Assembly (NCBI GenBank): GCA_018985225.1
Contig: JADGIF010000461.1
Span: forward strand, 1-8,163
Origin: Amoeboradix gromovi X-113
Taxonomy: Eukaryota; Fungi; Sanchytriomycota
Length of the DNA: 8,163 bases
Reading direction: 5' to 3'
Each line of letters begins with the position of its first letter. Position 1 is the first letter of the stretch. Shown here one piece after another: positions 4,791 through 8,163 of the stretch. The translations under genes and the position numbers were made by a program. The notes below the pieces were generated by a model. The model was not told where the DNA came from and did not search any database. It saw only the letters and a list, made by a program, of their open reading frames with translations.

Positions 4791-7616
4791 TTAAATCATA
4801 AATCCACTATTTGATATGACTGCATCTTTCGTTGGTGACTGTATCTTTTTGACAGCAGTGTTTATGCTGTTTGATGTAAATAGCTTGCTCACATCATCTT
4901 CTCTTTTATCCACTAGATTTGACCAGTCATGGTTATGCACTGGGGTAGTGTCTGTTGATGATGCTGCAACTGTCACGGATGCTGTTAACTGTCCTGATTT
5001 ACTTATAACAGGCTCCGTTTGCTTAACTGTATCTATTGGAGCTAATTTTATCAGTTGCTGATGCTCGTGTTCTTCGTCCTCGTTGATTGGTATCTGTACA
5101 ATCTGCTTCTGAATAACTGTTGTTTCATGTTCAAAATGTTTGTCAGCTGCATCCTGCTCTGCTGCACTATTCTCATATTCAATTACACGAGAGGCAGATT
5201 GATGGTCTTCAGCATTATCGTCAACATACTCATCGTCAAACGGCTCAAAGACATCCTCAATGTTTTGTTCGTATCCATGTTCTCGCAAGTGCTCCTCTTT
5301 TACACTCTCTTCTTCCTGATTATAATCAGGATAAGTTTCTTCCTCGTCTAGATGATTGTCTTGCTCATTTTTGTCAAGCGTATTTTCAAGCGCATTGTTA
5401 TTCTCATTCTCACTACTGATTTCACTCACAGGCTTATTTTGCTCTTCATCTTTGTCTGGATCTCTATAACCCCGCTCTATTTGATTATCATCGGTCAGTA
5501 TGTAGTTGTACTTCTCTATTCCCATGGATACCAACAGTTCCGCCATCTGTTTCATTTCCATTTCCTGCTCTGCTAAACAAATTAACAAATCTTCTTGCTC
5601 TAGCTGTAGCTGCGAATACTTGCGATTAATCTGGTTTAGTTCATCTTCCAATACCTTGCATCTAGCAGTGTTTTTACTGCTGCTATTACTATTTGCCACT
5701 TGTAAATCACTCTGCAGCTGTAAAATCTCCAGTTGTTGCTTGTTCACCATTTGTTTGTAAGTGTTTATAATGTCAGGTGAGTCAGGAACAACAACATTAG
5801 AGGGACCGCTTTTCAATGCTTTAATTACTACAACCAATTGGGATTCAATCCAGACTGACCATTCCGGTAATATACAAATGCTGCTAGAACTGCTGTTGAT
5901 CCCATTTATATCTTCTATATTGTTCCAGTCTAACACTATATTACTGGACGTTAATCTATTTAGTTTGCTAATAAATTGATCCAATCCAATTCTATTTAGA
6001 ACAAGGGGATATAGCGTTTTCATACCATAGGACTGTCCCTTTTGATCAACATGTACTAGCTGCACAAGCGCAACGCTAAATGCAAATGACGATATGGACT
6101 GTTTTATCAAATCACCGCTCGTCATGGATTCAGATATAAAATTAAGAGCACGGGGATCTTGAAACCAGTCAAAAATTAACATGGGATTAGAATAAAACCA
6201 TTTGGCTAGGAGCACCCAATAAGAGCAATAAGATAGTAGGCTGGTGGATTTAGGCAGTAAAATAAGTGTTTTCAAAAGAGAGTTTAGAACTGATTGGCCA
6301 GTGCGTTGATTGTAAATATTAGTTATTAAATCCAGTAGTTTAGTATTCCACAGCAAATTAGGGATGACGCAACTATACAGCGGATCCTTGGGATTGATAA
6401 AAGATAAGAAAAGTGGATGGAACTTGTCACTGGATTCCATTAACGGCGACATAATGAATAAAACCAGCTGCTCTAAGTCGTAATAATTCAAGGTAGTTGT
6501 GACTGCAATCTTGAATAGTAGAGCATTGTTAGGATAATTTAGCATAAAAAGAGAATGCTGCCAAACAGGAACATCAGTAAACTGGTTATTTGATAAGACT
6601 CGGCAATTTAAAGTGAGTAATGCAGGGTCATTCATGTGTTTGATTAACTGCCAACTAAAACTGCGACTATTTAAAGGAACACCCCAAGTTGTTGCAATTT
6701 CAATAATGGTAGGATAAATAGATTTATTGGGTTTTAAAAGTAATAACAGCTTGCTATACAAGACAAGGACATTATCCCAATCTAACCATTCATCATGGGG
6801 AATCATCCAGAATGTAAGTAGTGATACATTACTACTTATTTGGCTACTTAAATTAGAGTGCAGTTGATATTCTTTTATGGCAAACTGTTCAAAATAGTGA
6901 ATGGATTGAATTACCTTTGAGGGCAGGGAATATTCATGTTGTACTAACATATGTATTAAACCCATCCAACAAGTACTGAATTGATTGTAAATATTAGTAG
7001 AATAAACCTCCTGGATGAGTTCAAGGCCCTTTGGATGCTTAAGAATGTTCAGAATAATAGATAGCAACGGTGATAGTAAAAGAGGTTCATGATGGATGGA
7101 CTGCCAAGCCAGATCCATTAGAGGCTCAATGCCTTGGAACAGAAGCTGATATTGAATTGGAGGGTTCGTGGATAGAATTAAGAGGACATTTAGTGCGACA
7201 TGGACCAGCACGTCGTTGTTTATGCAATCCAATAACGTAGAAATGGTGTTGGATTGGATGTTGTCAATTAAAACGTTGGGATTTAATAGCAGTAAGATGG
7301 ATAGGGTATGGAACAAGACAGGTGTATGGCTAAATAACAGCAATGGGTAGAAAGAGTCGATATATTTACCATATACAAGAACAAGGGATTTATCACGAAT
7401 TAGTAAATTGTATAAACATTCAACAGCTATAGACAAAAGATCTTTGTTTGATTCATTCAGCAATTGAAATAACTCAGTGATGTGGGGAATAATGTCGGAC
7501 GAATTAGAGGAACTGAGTGATTTGATAGTTCTTAGCGATCCCATTTTGTCACTGATACTAGTTGAAGTAGCCAGTCTATCAAACGATTTGGAAATTACAG
7601 ATGATGGAGTAGACAT
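4791..7616 (-). CDS. USO1: Uso1/p115-like ER-Golgi vesicle tethering protein (divergent), 941 aa, apparently intronless
   Basis: N-terminus VISKSFDRLATSTSISDKMGSLRTIKSLS resembles the p115 head start (tI.kL.dRl..sTl.eDrr.a...lk.ls). It is followed by a Leu-rich armadillo-like head (LLAKWFYSNP, RIGLDQFISKLNRL), a coiled coil starting YKQMVNKQQLEI, and the Uso1_p115_C signature EQEDLLICLAEQE...LG before an acidic tail. Confidence 0.8.
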   Translation of the reverse strand: MSTPSSVISKSFDRLATSTSISDKMGSLRTIKSLSSSNSSDIIPHITELFQLLNESNKDLLSIAVECLYNLLIRDKSLVLVYGKYIDSFYPLLLFSHTPVLFHTLSILLLLNPNVLIDNIQSNTISTLLDCINNDVLVHVALNVLLILSTNPPIQYQLLFQGIEPLMDLAWQSIHHEPLLLSPLLSIILNILKHPKGLELIQEVYSTNIYNQFSTCWMGLIHMLVQHEYSLPSKVIQSIHYFEQFAIKEYQLHSNLSSQISSNVSLLTFWMIPHDEWLDWDNVLVLYSKLLLLLKPNKSIYPTIIEIATTWGVPLNSRSFSWQLIKHMNDPALLTLNCRVLSNNQFTDVPVWQHSLFMLNYPNNALLFKIAVTTTLNYYDLEQLVLFIMSPLMESSDKFHPLFLSFINPKDPLYSCVIPNLLWNTKLLDLITNIYNQRTGQSVLNSLLKTLILLPKSTSLLSYCSYWVLLAKWFYSNPMLIFDWFQDPRALNFISESMTSGDLIKQSISSFAFSVALVQLVHVDQKGQSYGMKTLYPLVLNRIGLDQFISKLNRLTSSNIVLDWNNIEDINGINSSSSSICILPEWSVWIESQLVVVIKALKSGPSNVVVPDSPDIINTYKQMVNKQQLEILQLQSDLQVANSNSSSKNTARCKVLEDELNQINRKYSQLQLEQEDLLICLAEQEMEMKQMAELLVSMGIEKYNYILTDDNQIERGYRDPDKDEEQNKPVSEISSENENNNALENTLDKNEQDNHLDEEETYPDYNQEEESVKEEHLREHGYEQNIEDVFEPFDDEYVDDNAEDHQSASRVIEYENSAAEQDAADKHFEHETTVIQKQIVQIPINEDEEHEHQQLIKLAPIDTVKQTEPVISKSGQLTASVTVAASSTDTTPVHNHDWSNLVDKREDDVSKLFTSNSINTAVKKIQSPTKDAVISNSGFMI

Positions 7617-8146
7617 ACAGTTTCAAAAATATACGAGGACATGAGCGATCCAAACTGAGGATTATAAAGCCCTATGGAAAGTGGGTGCACGTTAAAATTA
7701 ATATTACACAGAAGTCAGCATTCAACAATATCTGCTCAATACTACATGACATTAGGTACAATGGCGTGGACACGGACCACGAGATCGCCGAATGTTCTTT
7801 CGCTTGCCATAATTCCCATGAAAGCTATAAATGGCTTAAGGTATAAAATTGTAGTAACTGAAATCAATTACGTAGGTAGTCTCTACCAAGGGCGAACTGA
7901 TTGCGTATCTCAGCAATGTACTGCTCATGTAGTGTATGGCCTTTAACAACTTTCATTTTCTTTATCTTATCAGGTCTTCATTGCGAAAAGTTAGCCCAGC
8001 GTTTAGATTTAATGCCCAGTATATTAGAATAACGAAACTAGTAAAGATCTTTAAATTTATTTAATTTTTCAAATTAGTCCAACTTTTCATGTTTGATCTC
8101 CCACTTGCTTAATTTTGTCTATCTAGCTTTAAGATGTCATAAATAG

Positions 8147-8161
8147 TGACGTATTACGTCA
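8147..8161. promoter_or_regulatory. Palindrome of two CRE-like (ATF/bZIP) half-sites
   Basis: TGACGTA-T-TACGTCA, a perfect 7-bp inverted repeat. The target gene is not visible in the window. Confidence 0.35.
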
Positions 8162-8163
8162 TT

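Noticed and set aside
4816-7350. Plus-strand ORFs inside USO1 (4816, 5055, 5120, 5352, 5506, 5761, 7168)
   Set aside because: Antisense shadows of a long low-complexity CDS, with no recognisable domains.
1890-7616. TAA/TAG-to-Gln reassignment as in Amoeboaphelidium protococcarum
   Set aside because: TAA terminates all four genes at the expected positions, and the long CDSs contain no in-frame TAA or TAG.

Overview
AT-rich eukaryotic nuclear DNA with tightly packed, apparently intronless genes, most consistent with a compact-genome early-diverging fungus (inference). Four genes are supported: a Pcc1/LAGE3-like KEOPS subunit (1488-1730, +), 40S ribosomal protein uS2/RPS0 (1890-2684, -), a small secreted 8-Cys, probably GPI-anchored protein (3870-4190, +), and a Uso1/p115-like vesicle tether (4791-7616, -). 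A fifth candidate (4247-4591, -) is missed by the ORF track because it needs a 30-nt intron. The spacers are not random. One ~170-240 bp coding-like repeat occurs three times: an inverted copy at 899-1067 and two tandem copies at ~3353-3772, so that inverted copies bracket Pcc1+RPS0. There is also a second degenerate direct duplication at 2784-3207, two long frames broken only by TGA, a perfect 14-bp CCAAT inverted repeat, a shared ATATTTTG motif before start codons, and AATAAA almost touching stop codons. No prokaryotic, CRISPR, rRNA or convincing tRNA signal was seen. I cannot claim a new system; the best leads are the repeat family and its TGA-interrupted frames. All counts were made by hand.
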